Source of the DNA: Candidatus Hydrogenedentota bacterium
GTDB lineage: Bacteria > Hydrogenedentota > Hydrogenedentia > Hydrogenedentales > Hydrogenedentaceae
NCBI GenBank assembly: GCA_026415215.1
Contig: JAOAHN010000113.1
Span: forward strand, 45,337 to 109,336
Reading direction: 5' to 3'
Length of the DNA stretch: 64,000 nucleotides
Shown here: in pieces, positions 1-8,645 of the stretch
Numbering within the stretch: the first letter of the stretch is position 1
How the letters are laid out: every line of letters starts with the position of its first letter
Position numbers and translations under genes: made by a program
The notes under the pieces: generated by a model
Told to the model about the DNA's origin: nothing
Database searches by the model: none
What the model saw: the letters and a program-made list of their open reading frames with translations, nothing else

Positions 1-1
1 A

Positions 2-310
2 AAGGAATTTAATAACAACAAGGTTTTTGTAAATCTTACTACAGTTCTTCTAAACAAAGAATTAGCTCTAATAGGAGGTTCAGGAGAGTTTTTTTCAGGG
101 CTTGCCCTTCAACTCAAAAAAAATTCCCCTGCTCCTAAAACTATCTTTTTAGGTTACTGCAACGGTCATTCCTTATACATTCCAACTAAAGAGGCGGTAG
201 AGGAAGGAGGATACGGTGCAGATCCTATGTTTGCATGGGTCCCAGTAGGCACGGGGGAAGAACTAATTGAAAAAGCTTGTGAGAACCTTCAGCATTTCCT
301 AAGTGAATAG
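2..310 (+). CDS. 3' end of a gene that starts upstream of the window (C-terminal ~100 aa, product unknown; possibly a ceramidase-like or hydrolase-like C-terminal domain)
   Basis: Open frame 2 runs from the window edge to a TAG at 308-310 and translates to ...GYCNGHSLYIPTKEAVEEGGYGADPMFAWVPVGTGEELIEKACENLQHFLSE. It is not in the ORF track because the start lies outside the window. Confidence 0.3.
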   Translation, partial: KEFNNNKVFVNLTTVLLNKELALIGGSGEFFSGLALQLKKNSPAPKTIFLGYCNGHSLYIPTKEAVEEGGYGADPMFAWVPVGTGEELIEKACENLQHFLSE

Positions 311-415
311 GGTATTTATAAGTATAATATCCCTTCTGGACATAACAAACTTATCACACTCACTATTCTAACCTAAATACTATATTGATCTTCACCCAAC
401 CAGCAGGAAATTTAT

Positions 416-1837
416 CTATTCCATAGCATCTTTGAATTGATTAATAATGCCAGTTAGAGTTTGCTTAGCATCACCGAAGATCATCCTTGTATTCTCTTTG
501 AAAAACAGAGGGTTATCTACACCAGAGAAACCGGAAGCAAGTGAACGCTTCAAGACTAAACAGGTCTTTGCGTAATCCACATTTATAATAGGCATCCCAT
601 ATATTGAACTATTAGGATCTTCCCTTGCTGCTGGGTTAACAACATCATTAGCCCCTACCACAATACACACATCAACAGTATCTATTATGGGATTTACATC
701 ATCCATCTCTAACAATTTATCATAAGGAACATTTGCTTCCGCCAAAAGGACATTCATATGACCTGGCATACGCCCTGCAACTGGATGAATAGCAAACTTC
801 ACATCCGCACCATTCTTTTCCAAAATATCGGCTAATTCTTTTACTACATGTTGGGCTTGAGCAACTGCCATCCCATACCCAGGAACAAACACCACTGAGC
901 GAGCAGCTTCGAGCACATAATAGGCATCTTCAGGAGTCAAAGCCCTAACTTCTCCGTGAGCAGAAGTGCTTATTTTACCCTCCGCAGAGCCGAAACCACT
1001 AAATAATACATTTGCAAGAGAACGATTCATCGCCTTGCACATAATAGCAGTAAGTATAATTCCACTCGCTCCCACCAATGCCCCTGCCACTATTAATACC
1101 GTGTTATTCAACACGAAACCTGAAGCACACGCTGCCATACCTGAATAACTATTAAGCAGACAAATCACCACGGGCATATCCGCACCACCGATTGGAATCG
1201 TTACAAGTATCCCCAATATATTTGCGAGAATCATAAGCAAAATAATTGCAGGATAAACTATTGAACCATTTGGATTAGCAAAAAATATTATTCCTATTAA
1301 TATGCCTAAACCTAACACTATCGCATTAACTACTTGCTGACCTTTAAATAATATAGGCTTACCTGTCATCTTCTCTTCTAACTTTGCATACGCTATCATA
1401 CTTCCTGAAAATGTGACTCCTCCGATCAGCATCGCAAGATAGGTCGCAAGGATAAGCACAATATTCTCAAGGTTATATCCCCCATAACCAGAACGAGTAT
1501 AATTTACATGAAAGTCAGACCATCCCACTAACATACTCGCTAAACCACCTGTTCCGTTAAAGAATGCAACAAAACCTGGCATCGATGTCATCGGAACTTT
1601 CAATGCTGCTATAGATCCAGCAATAGTCCCAATCAAACCGCCAATAATAATCCACTCATAAGTTTTTACTATGGGATTTAATAATGTAACCCCAATTGCG
1701 AGTGCCATACCACAAGCGGAAATAATATTTCCCTTAATCGCCGTAGTAGGCTTACTCATCATTTTCAATCCAAAAATAAAAGTAGCTGCAGAAATCATAT
1801 AAGCTATTTCTGTGAGAATCTTGATATTTTCGTTCAC
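416..1837 (-). CDS. pntB: NAD(P) transhydrogenase subunit beta
   Basis: 473-aa polytopic membrane N-terminus plus a C-terminal NADP(H)-binding domain (GYGMAVAQAQH, VPYDKLLEMDD...IVVGANDVVNPAA). Last gene of a pnt cluster. Confidence 0.9.
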   Translation of the reverse strand: MNENIKILTEIAYMISAATFIFGLKMMSKPTTAIKGNIISACGMALAIGVTLLNPIVKTYEWIIIGGLIGTIAGSIAALKVPMTSMPGFVAFFNGTGGLASMLVGWSDFHVNYTRSGYGGYNLENIVLILATYLAMLIGGVTFSGSMIAYAKLEEKMTGKPILFKGQQVVNAIVLGLGILIGIIFFANPNGSIVYPAIILLMILANILGILVTIPIGGADMPVVICLLNSYSGMAACASGFVLNNTVLIVAGALVGASGIILTAIMCKAMNRSLANVLFSGFGSAEGKISTSAHGEVRALTPEDAYYVLEAARSVVFVPGYGMAVAQAQHVVKELADILEKNGADVKFAIHPVAGRMPGHMNVLLAEANVPYDKLLEMDDVNPIIDTVDVCIVVGANDVVNPAAREDPNSSIYGMPIINVDYAKTCLVLKRSLASGFSGVDNPLFFKENTRMIFGDAKQTLTGIINQFKDAME

Positions 1838-1839
1838 GG

Positions 1840-2334
1840 CTACTTCCTTTCTTTCCCTTTAAACATTCTTAGCATTCTATCTGTAACTAAATATCCACCA
1901 GCAACATTTATCATTGCGCAAATCATAGCAATCACACCAATTAGTACAAGAAGTAAAGACTCCCTTCCCTGCCCTGCTGCAAGGCATGCACCTACTACCG
2001 TTATCCCAGAAATTGCATTTGAACCTGACATCAAAGGTGTGTGTAATTGAGAAGGTACTTTAGTTAAAAGCTCAACACCCAAAAACACTGTGATTAAGAA
2101 AGTGAATATCAAAAGGGTCATAGGATTTAATGCTCTTTCACTCTGGTATGGATTAGAAACGCTATCCTGTTGGGAAACGGAAAATTGAGACACTGCACAA
2201 ATAGATGGGGCCTTAGCCTGGGCCGATTGTGTAAAACTACCTAAAAACAAAAGCAATAACACGGAACTGAAGACTATTACACTCACCCATCCCATCAATG
2301 GCACTTTTTTAATAAAAAAAGTTATCTTACTCAT
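1840..2334 (-). CDS. pntAB: NAD(P) transhydrogenase alpha subunit, membrane part (alpha-2)
   Basis: 164-aa hydrophobic protein with the conserved PntA C-terminal membrane motif (HTPLMSGSNAISGI...GGYLVTDRMLRMFKGK). A 4-nt ATGA-type overlap with the upstream gene suggests translational coupling. Confidence 0.75.
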   Translation of the reverse strand: MSKITFFIKKVPLMGWVSVIVFSSVLLLLFLGSFTQSAQAKAPSICAVSQFSVSQQDSVSNPYQSERALNPMTLLIFTFLITVFLGVELLTKVPSQLHTPLMSGSNAISGITVVGACLAAGQGRESLLLVLIGVIAMICAMINVAGGYLVTDRMLRMFKGKERK

Positions 2335-3488
2335 TGGGCACTCCTCGCTTTCTGTATTAACTCATTCCTCAACTTACCATCATATATAACCAAACAACCA
2401 TCTAAAATTTCATCATTTAAGTTATAGTTAAACATTTTCTTTTCTTTGTCCCAGAAATGTTCTATAAGATTCCCCAAATTGGAAGAATACATTTGACTTG
2501 CATGTACCGCTACCCTCCCAGGGAAATTCAGAGCTCCTATGACAATCACCCCATCGATAACCGTCTCTTGACCAGGTTTAGAACCTTCAACATTACCCCC
2601 AGTTTCTGAAGCGAGGTCGACAATTACACTTCCTGGTCTCATAGAAGCTATCATATCCCGAGTTACAAGAAGCGGTGCTTTTTTTCCAAAAACCTGAGCA
2701 GTTGTAATCACTACATCCGACTGAGCAATGACTTTTTTCATCCCTTCTCTCTGCTTCTGTTTCTGCTCCTCAGTTAATTCCAATGCATAACCATCTTTAG
2801 TTTGGCCAGTAGGACCTACATCAATCTTTACAAATTTTGCCCCGAGAGAAAGTACTTGTTCTTCAACTACTGGTCTCGTATCAAAAGCTTCAACCCTCGC
2901 ACCCAATCTTTTAGCAGTAGCAATCGCCTGCAAACCTGCAACTCCACAACCTATAACAAATACTCTTACTGGCTTTATAGTTCCCGCAGGGGTCATCATC
3001 ATCGGAAATACCATAGGAAGGCGAGAAGCAGCAACTATCACTGCCACATATCCTGCAAGATTAGCCTGTGAACTCAAAGCGTCCATCTTCTGAGCAAGTG
3101 TAGTTCTGGGAATCATCTCCATAGCAATTGCGTTAACTCCACACTCAATAAACTTATCCTGAATCGCAAAATCGAAAAATGGTTCCAAGTAACTAATATG
3201 AAGCGAGCCACGCTTCATAAGAGAAATTTCTTCTATCGGAGGCTTTCTTAACCTCATGACAATATCAGCTGACTTAAGCCCTTCTTCTCTTCCTACTACC
3301 TTTGCACCCGCTTCTTCATATTCTTTATCAAAGTACCCGCATCTTTCTCCCACACACTTTTCGACAAAAACCTCAGCACCTAATTTAACTAATTTTTTTA
3401 CCGTTTCGGGTACAATAGGAACTCTTGTTTCTTCAGGATTTAGTTCTTTAGGTATAAAAATCATAAAAAAGCTCCCTCTCTCGTCCAA
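2331..3488 (-). CDS. pntAA: NAD(P) transhydrogenase alpha subunit, soluble dI part (alanine dehydrogenase-like)
   Basis: 385 aa with an Ala-DH/PNT N-domain and a Rossmann GxGxxG motif (VIGCGVAGLQAIATAKRLGARV). First gene of the three-gene split pnt operon. Confidence 0.85.
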   Translation of the reverse strand: MDERGSFFMIFIPKELNPEETRVPIVPETVKKLVKLGAEVFVEKCVGERCGYFDKEYEEAGAKVVGREEGLKSADIVMRLRKPPIEEISLMKRGSLHISYLEPFFDFAIQDKFIECGVNAIAMEMIPRTTLAQKMDALSSQANLAGYVAVIVAASRLPMVFPMMMTPAGTIKPVRVFVIGCGVAGLQAIATAKRLGARVEAFDTRPVVEEQVLSLGAKFVKIDVGPTGQTKDGYALELTEEQKQKQREGMKKVIAQSDVVITTAQVFGKKAPLLVTRDMIASMRPGSVIVDLASETGGNVEGSKPGQETVIDGVIVIGALNFPGRVAVHASQMYSSNLGNLIEHFWDKEKKMFNYNLNDEILDGCLVIYDGKLRNELIQKARSAQ

Positions 3489-3503
3489 ACTTAAAGTTCA
3501 AAA

Positions 3504-3527
3504 AATATACTTATGGGTAAGTATATT
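3504..3527. promoter_or_regulatory. 10-bp inverted repeat AATATACTTA-TGGG-TAAGTATATT immediately upstream of the pntAA RBS
   Basis: Perfect inverted repeat read directly from the sequence, 16-39 nt upstream of the pntAA start (minus strand). It shares the core TACTTAT-Nx-TAAGTA with the palindrome at 39181-39203. Confidence 0.25.
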
Positions 3528-3752
3528 AACAAACCTAAAACAAATGTCTCAAATTCAATATACAAGATAAAAATGCTTTTATTATCAAACCCAAATCAAA
3601 AATATAGAAAGAAACAATCCTATAAACCGAAGTGTTTTTTAATGACACACTTTTTATTGAAATTAGAACAAAAAATTAGTGCTAATGGGAGTTAAATATT
3701 AAATAGCAGACAAATTAAAAAATTAGAAAATGTTGAAATAATACTATATATT

Positions 3753-3764
3753 GTGCTACAATAT
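3753..3764 (+). promoter_or_regulatory. candidate extended -10 promoter (TGcTACAAT) for the kinase/HK operon
   Basis: tgtgctacaat matches the extended -10 consensus TGnTATAAT. It sits about 230 nt upstream of the first ATG at 3993, and no convincing -35 was found. Confidence 0.3.
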
Positions 3765-3880
3765 ATATGGTGTCTGAGATCCATATTCCTCAGATTAGCC
3801 CAAGCCTCCTCTCAATTGAAAAGTTTCTCCCCAAAGCGCCTACATACTATCTATCTCAGACACCCCCCGCTCAATTAAAT

Positions 3881-3912
3881 AGAGCGGTAGGTCAGCCCAA
3901 ACCTACCGCTCT
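3881..3912 (+). promoter_or_regulatory. stable 12-bp hairpin (agagcggtaggt-cagcccaa-acctaccgctct) in the leader of the kinase operon
   Basis: Perfect 12-bp stem with an 8-nt loop, read directly. It lies inside the putative 5' leader, and a second 12-nt long-range complement occurs at 3769-3780 / 3853-3864. Confidence 0.35.
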
Positions 3913-3992
3913 CCCCCAGATAAGATAATAAATATGCTTCTAATTTCTGTATAATAAAATTTAATTTTGAAATTTAGTTAAAACCATACCTC

Positions 3993-4796
3993 ATGAAAAC
4001 TATTAGCTTACATCCGCCATATATATATAAAGAAAAACTTCATCTCTTATTAGTAGAACCATATATCCACATATCAGAAGAAATCGCTCCTACCATCTTG
4101 GACATACTTGAAAATAACAATTGTGTAGCTATAAATAGCATAAAAACTAAAAGGAACAGAGCTTTCGTCCTAAAAGTATACAATGAAGAATTGCTAATAA
4201 AAGTATATTTCCACGGTGGAGGTGTAAAATACTTTCTCCCATCAATGTATTTTTTTAAGAATAGAGGCTTGGATGAACTCAAATTTTACATTCATAATCT
4301 GAACAATCAAAATTTTGTCCCCCAATATATAGGAGCATTTTGGATAAAAAAAATGCCTTTCTACATTACAGGCACTATATCTAAGTATATTCCAAACACA
4401 GAAGACTTAGAGTCTATTCTCACAAATCCCCACAAAAAAAGCTCTGAAAAAGATATAATATCGGAAAAAGTGGGTAGCACAATTAGATTTATGCACGACC
4501 GAGGAATATATCATAGAGACCTTCACCTTAAAAACATTCTTATAAAAAATCCCGAATGTCTTATTAGTAGCGAAGTGTTTATCATTGACTTTGACAAGGC
4601 TAAAATAAAAAAAACCATGGGGCTATTTTGGAGAACTCTGAATTTATTAAGATTAAAGAGATACTTTTTCAAAACAGAAATACCACTTGGTTATTATAAC
4701 CATATTTTAAAAGGCTACAATATACAAAAGTTATCGGTAGTAGCAGAAATTTTATCTCTACCCCATCTCTTATTGACAAAACTGAGAAGCTTATGA
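3993..4796 (+). CDS. lipopolysaccharide kinase (Kdo kinase/WaaP/InaA) family protein, paralog 1
   Basis: 267 aa with a protein-kinase-like catalytic loop (HRDLHLKNILIK) and a downstream DFD metal-binding motif (IIDFDKA), consistent with the Kdo/LPS kinase family. It has no classic Gly-rich P-loop. Its stop overlaps the next start (ATGA). Confidence 0.5.
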   Translation: MKTISLHPPYIYKEKLHLLLVEPYIHISEEIAPTILDILENNNCVAINSIKTKRNRAFVLKVYNEELLIKVYFHGGGVKYFLPSMYFFKNRGLDELKFYIHNLNNQNFVPQYIGAFWIKKMPFYITGTISKYIPNTEDLESILTNPHKKSSEKDIISEKVGSTIRFMHDRGIYHRDLHLKNILIKNPECLISSEVFIIDFDKAKIKKTMGLFWRTLNLLRLKRYFFKTEIPLGYYNHILKGYNIQKLSVVAEILSLPHLLLTKLRSL

Positions 4797-5611
4797 GTAA
4801 AAGAATAATAGTCTGTAAAAAAATTAAAACGAAAGGTTATCAAATATGGTTTAATGAATCTTTTGGAGAACTCATACATAACCTATTAGATATATTAGAT
4901 TCACTCAATTTTTTCAATAATGATCCTCGAGTAGAAGCAATCAAAATATCTAAAAAAGCAGTTTCACTAAAGATTAACAGCGTTTTTATGAAGATTACTA
5001 ACTATCCATTGTTCGAAGGGATTTTCCGACATCTACTCTTAAGACAAAGGTGCAGAAATTCATGGAGCATTAGTCTAACCGCAATTGAGATGGGAATCCC
5101 TGTGCCTACACCTATGTTCTATCTCGAGAGACTCTACTATGGTTTACCGTGGCAGAATATATTCGCTTCTGAATATATACCAGACTCAGTGGATGTAGAA
5201 ATATTCGCAAAAAAATTTGTTAAAAGTAACCAATTGGACAGATTAGAAAATATGCTTCACGAAATAGTAAGGATAACCTCGTTACTTTGGTCCCACAAAC
5301 TACTACACAGAGATTTGTCCGGGAAAAACATACTCACCATAGATGGAGTAAACCTTTTTTTAGTAGACCTTGACTCGGTGAAGAGATGTAAAAAAATATC
5401 CTTGAAAGATAAAATAAAAAATCTTACCCAATTATATGATTCTTTTTGTGACTTCGTTGAAGAGGAGTTACTAAGAAGTTGTATATTTTCTCTATTGCCG
5501 GAGTTTAACAATGACGACAAAGAAAGAATATACTATAAAGTAAGAGAACTGCAATTACACAGGCGCCACAACCATATAAGAAACTTAAGTAGAAAGTTAA
5601 ATGAGTTATGA
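4793..5611 (+). CDS. lipopolysaccharide kinase (Kdo kinase/WaaP/InaA) family protein, paralog 2
   Basis: 272 aa with HRDLSGKNILT and VDLDSV motifs, the same family as the upstream gene but highly diverged. ATGA overlaps occur at both ends. Confidence 0.5.
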   Translation: MSKRIIVCKKIKTKGYQIWFNESFGELIHNLLDILDSLNFFNNDPRVEAIKISKKAVSLKINSVFMKITNYPLFEGIFRHLLLRQRCRNSWSISLTAIEMGIPVPTPMFYLERLYYGLPWQNIFASEYIPDSVDVEIFAKKFVKSNQLDRLENMLHEIVRITSLLWSHKLLHRDLSGKNILTIDGVNLFLVDLDSVKRCKKISLKDKIKNLTQLYDSFCDFVEEELLRSCIFSLLPEFNNDDKERIYYKVRELQLHRRHNHIRNLSRKLNEL

Positions 5612-6867
5612 GAAACACAGTTAACTCAAGTGAAGTAACCAAGTTTTCATGGGTAAAAGATGAAACAACAAGAGAATACCTGAAAGCGATTTATCGAGTC
5701 CAGCATTTCTACTCCACTATAACCGACCTTGACCAACTATTGGTATTAATCACAGAGGAGTGTAAAAATGCCTGTGAAGCAGAATCTGCCTCATTACTTC
5801 TATATGATGAGAAAAGAAAATGTCTCAGTTTCCAGGTTACGCTTGGACCTGTTGGCTCGGATATCATCAAGAAAGAAATTAGGATTTCCGAAGGCACTGG
5901 TATAGCTGGAGAAGTAGCCCTTACAAAAAAACCGAAGATAGTAAATGATGTATCAAAAGAACCCAAATTTTATAAGGGTGTAGACGAAATTACAAGATAT
6001 AAAACAAAAAACATCCTTGCTGTTCCAATCATCCACAACAAAAAACTTATAGGTGTAATAGAAGTTGTAAATAAAAAAAATAATCATTTTTCCCATGAGG
6101 ATCTGCGATTTTTAGAAATCATAGCCTCTTGGGCTGGTAGTGCAGTAGTCACATCTAAACTAATTCAAGAAAAAATACAGGTAGAAAAATTAGCCACTAT
6201 AGGTTATACTCTTACAGCCCTTGCTCACCAACTTAAAAATGTTTTAACCGCAATGGTTACGAGTGTTGAACTAATTGAGAAATCCCTTGAGAAAAAACAA
6301 TTTCAAACTATTGAAAAAGCTTGGCCTGTTTTGAAAAGGACTTCTATTTACATATTAGAATTTGTTCAGGACCTACTTTTATTTTCTAAACCACGCATCC
6401 CCCAAAAAAAACAGTGCAACTTCTATGATATTACAACAAAGTTAAAAGAGATTTTCAACGACTTATTCTCAACAAGAGGAATCAAACTTTATATAGATAC
6501 ATCCCAAGTAAAAGAACCAGTTTTCTTAGACCCCAACGGAATCTTTCACTGCCTCACCAACCTCCTCATAAACGCTGGCGAGTCAGCTCCACAGAAAACT
6601 GGTGAAGTTAGAATAATTGCTGAGACAAAAAAACAAAACTTGCTTGTAATTACAGTATCAGACAATGGGAGTGGAATTCCCCAAGAAGAACTTCCATATA
6701 TTTTCGACCCATTTCATTCCTCTAAAGGGTACAAAGGAACAGGATTAGGTCTTGCTGTTACCAAGAAAATCGTAGAAGAACATAACGGAACTATAGAAGT
6801 CAAAAACATCCCGAACGGAGGCGCTCAATTTATAATACACCTCCCTCAAAAAAATGAGAAATCATAA
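5608..6867 (+). CDS. GAF-domain sensor histidine kinase
   Basis: 419 aa with an N-terminal GAF-like region, an H-box (LAHQLKNVL), an N-box (LLINAGESAP) and G1/G2 boxes (VSDNGSGIP, GTGLGLAVTKKIV). No receiver domain or response-regulator gene is nearby. Confidence 0.75.
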   Translation: MRNTVNSSEVTKFSWVKDETTREYLKAIYRVQHFYSTITDLDQLLVLITEECKNACEAESASLLLYDEKRKCLSFQVTLGPVGSDIIKKEIRISEGTGIAGEVALTKKPKIVNDVSKEPKFYKGVDEITRYKTKNILAVPIIHNKKLIGVIEVVNKKNNHFSHEDLRFLEIIASWAGSAVVTSKLIQEKIQVEKLATIGYTLTALAHQLKNVLTAMVTSVELIEKSLEKKQFQTIEKAWPVLKRTSIYILEFVQDLLLFSKPRIPQKKQCNFYDITTKLKEIFNDLFSTRGIKLYIDTSQVKEPVFLDPNGIFHCLTNLLINAGESAPQKTGEVRIIAETKKQNLLVITVSDNGSGIPQEELPYIFDPFHSSKGYKGTGLGLAVTKKIVEEHNGTIEVKNIPNGGAQFIIHLPQKNEKS

Positions 6868-6875
6868 GGGTCTTA

Positions 6876-7148
6876 ATGGCTATGAAAAGTTGGAAAAATA
6901 TAGAATATGTAGGATGGCTTTTTTGGGTTATATCCAGTCTTATACTTCTAATTCCCAACTATTTTCTTTCAAGGTATCTCATCTACGATTATTCAAGAGG
7001 AGCGCGCATCGGATTAACCGCGGGAATGTCTGCTATCCTCGGGGCAATTGTTGCATGGATAGTGAACGATATTCTTTATAGAATAAACAAATCAAAACGA
7101 AAGGAAGAACGCAAAAAAATAAGGAAAAAGAAGAAAAAAGAAATCTGA
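6876..7148 (+). CDS. small two-TM membrane protein with a poly-lysine C-terminal tail
   Basis: 90-aa ORF in the same orientation as the operon with two hydrophobic helices and a KRKEERKKIRKKKKKEI tail. It has a weak RBS, so whether it is a real gene is uncertain. Confidence 0.35.
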   Translation: MAMKSWKNIEYVGWLFWVISSLILLIPNYFLSRYLIYDYSRGARIGLTAGMSAILGAIVAWIVNDILYRINKSKRKEERKKIRKKKKKEI

Positions 7149-7163
7149 TTTTGGAGCATACCT

Positions 7164-8645
7164 GTGAACATATTAGACCTACTTGATTATGTTGAAAAAA
7201 ATCCTAAAGACTACGAAAAGCGATGGATTTTAGCCAAAAAACTTTATCAAAATAAAGATTATCACCTCGCACTCGAACATTTAAGAGTGCTAAAAGAAGA
7301 ATGGGAACCGAAAGTAAATGTTATAAGATTTTTGTCCGCAGCCTTATATAGATTAGGAAAATATGAGGAAGCAATTGAAGAACTAAGAAATGCAATAAAA
7401 CACTGGCCTGATGAACAGGGACTGTATGAGCAGTTAGGTAGAGTCTTGGTTACAGCCCAAAGGTATGAAGAAGCTCTAAATGTATACGAAGAACTCATAA
7501 AAATAGTCCCAAATCATCGCTGGGCTCAACTTGCTGTGGACAAACTAAAAAGAATCTTAGAAAGAAAAACATTAAAAAGAAAGACCTACCCAGTAATTTT
7601 AGCTACCGACTTTGACTTGCTACCCGAAACAATATGTAAGAGGTGTGGTGCTGATAATCCAAAAGAAGAGAAAAGGTGTTGGAAATGCGGTGAAACACTA
7701 TCAAAATCTACTAACCCACCAACTATTCCTTCTGAAGGCACTCAACGCAACCTATACATTATGCTCACGCCAGAAATACTCACTCTTGCTTTGGGTATCA
7801 TTCTCGTGAGTTCATTAGCATTAAATCTGTTCCTATCAATAAAGTTTTGGATTAATCCTACTCCTAATTCATCCCAGCCTTCTTTATCTTTTTGGGAACT
7901 CTATCAAAATCAACTTATTTACACTCGGATATTAACGGGATTTGGACTCATATCTGCTTCCTACCTATTCGTAAAGTTAGGATTTAAGCTCCTAGGTATA
8001 AAGGATAAAATCTCACCAAATATTGTAGTTATAACATCACTCCTAATAGCTTCCTTTTACTTTCTATGCACATGGCTTCCAAAGGATCTCATCGTATGGG
8101 GGATAATTTTTACACCATTTATCACATTTATACTAATTTTTGGGGCACTGGGTATACCTCCACTGAAAGCCCTTAACTTGACCTTATTCTATGTAAGCTC
8201 AACGATACTTTTTGTAATACTCTCATCCTCAATAATAGAGTCTTATAGACTCCGCACCTTTATCAACCCAATCACACAGTTTCCGTCCGTTGTTAAATAC
8301 TTTGCAAATCAAAAAGAGAAATTCCCTCTTACCGTCCTTATCTCAAGTCCAGATGGTTTACCGATTAAAAAAGATTTCACTCTCGAAAGTTCAGGTTCAT
8401 ACTGGCTTGATCTACGAGCTAAAGAAATACAAATATCCCTCTTCTTCGAAAGATCTGATGGGTTTACTCTGGAAATAAACAAGGGTGAAACAAATCCTAT
8501 CATATATGACAAACTAAAATCTGAAAAATGGATTACCAAATGCACATTACAAGAAGGAGATACATACACAATTAAAGTATTTACAGATAACAAAACCCCA
8601 TTTACTATAAAAATGGAGAGCCTATTACCACTAAAAATTAAATGA
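7164..8645 (+). CDS. TPR-repeat / zinc-ribbon / polytopic membrane protein of unknown function
   Basis: 493 aa with N-terminal TPR-like helical repeats, a CxxC-x11-CxxC zinc ribbon (CKRCGADNPKEEKRCWKCGE), at least six predicted TM helices and a ~120-aa C-terminal soluble domain. Confidence 0.6.
   Translation: MNILDLLDYVEKNPKDYEKRWILAKKLYQNKDYHLALEHLRVLKEEWEPKVNVIRFLSAALYRLGKYEEAIEELRNAIKHWPDEQGLYEQLGRVLVTAQRYEEALNVYEELIKIVPNHRWAQLAVDKLKRILERKTLKRKTYPVILATDFDLLPETICKRCGADNPKEEKRCWKCGETLSKSTNPPTIPSEGTQRNLYIMLTPEILTLALGIILVSSLALNLFLSIKFWINPTPNSSQPSLSFWELYQNQLIYTRILTGFGLISASYLFVKLGFKLLGIKDKISPNIVVITSLLIASFYFLCTWLPKDLIVWGIIFTPFITFILIFGALGIPPLKALNLTLFYVSSTILFVILSSSIIESYRLRTFINPITQFPSVVKYFANQKEKFPLTVLISSPDGLPIKKDFTLESSGSYWLDLRAKEIQISLFFERSDGFTLEINKGETNPIIYDKLKSEKWITKCTLQEGDTYTIKVFTDNKTPFTIKMESLLPLKIK

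Noticed and set aside
966-1148. 60-aa ORF antisense inside pntB; similar nested ORFs at 2802-3071, 3256-3570, 4040-4282, 5257-5520, 5709-5966, 7262-7498, 12025-12267, 12773-13039 and others
   Set aside because: Each is fully embedded in, and antisense or out of frame to, a much longer ORF with clear homology. Compositions are low-complexity (Ser/Leu/Phe-rich), typical of shadow ORFs.
3513-3695. 60-aa ORF in the pntAA-kinase intergenic region (MGKYINKPKTNVSN...)
   Set aside because: Lys/Asn-rich translation of AT-rich intergenic DNA with no RBS. It overlaps the palindrome and promoter region, so the region is more plausibly regulatory.
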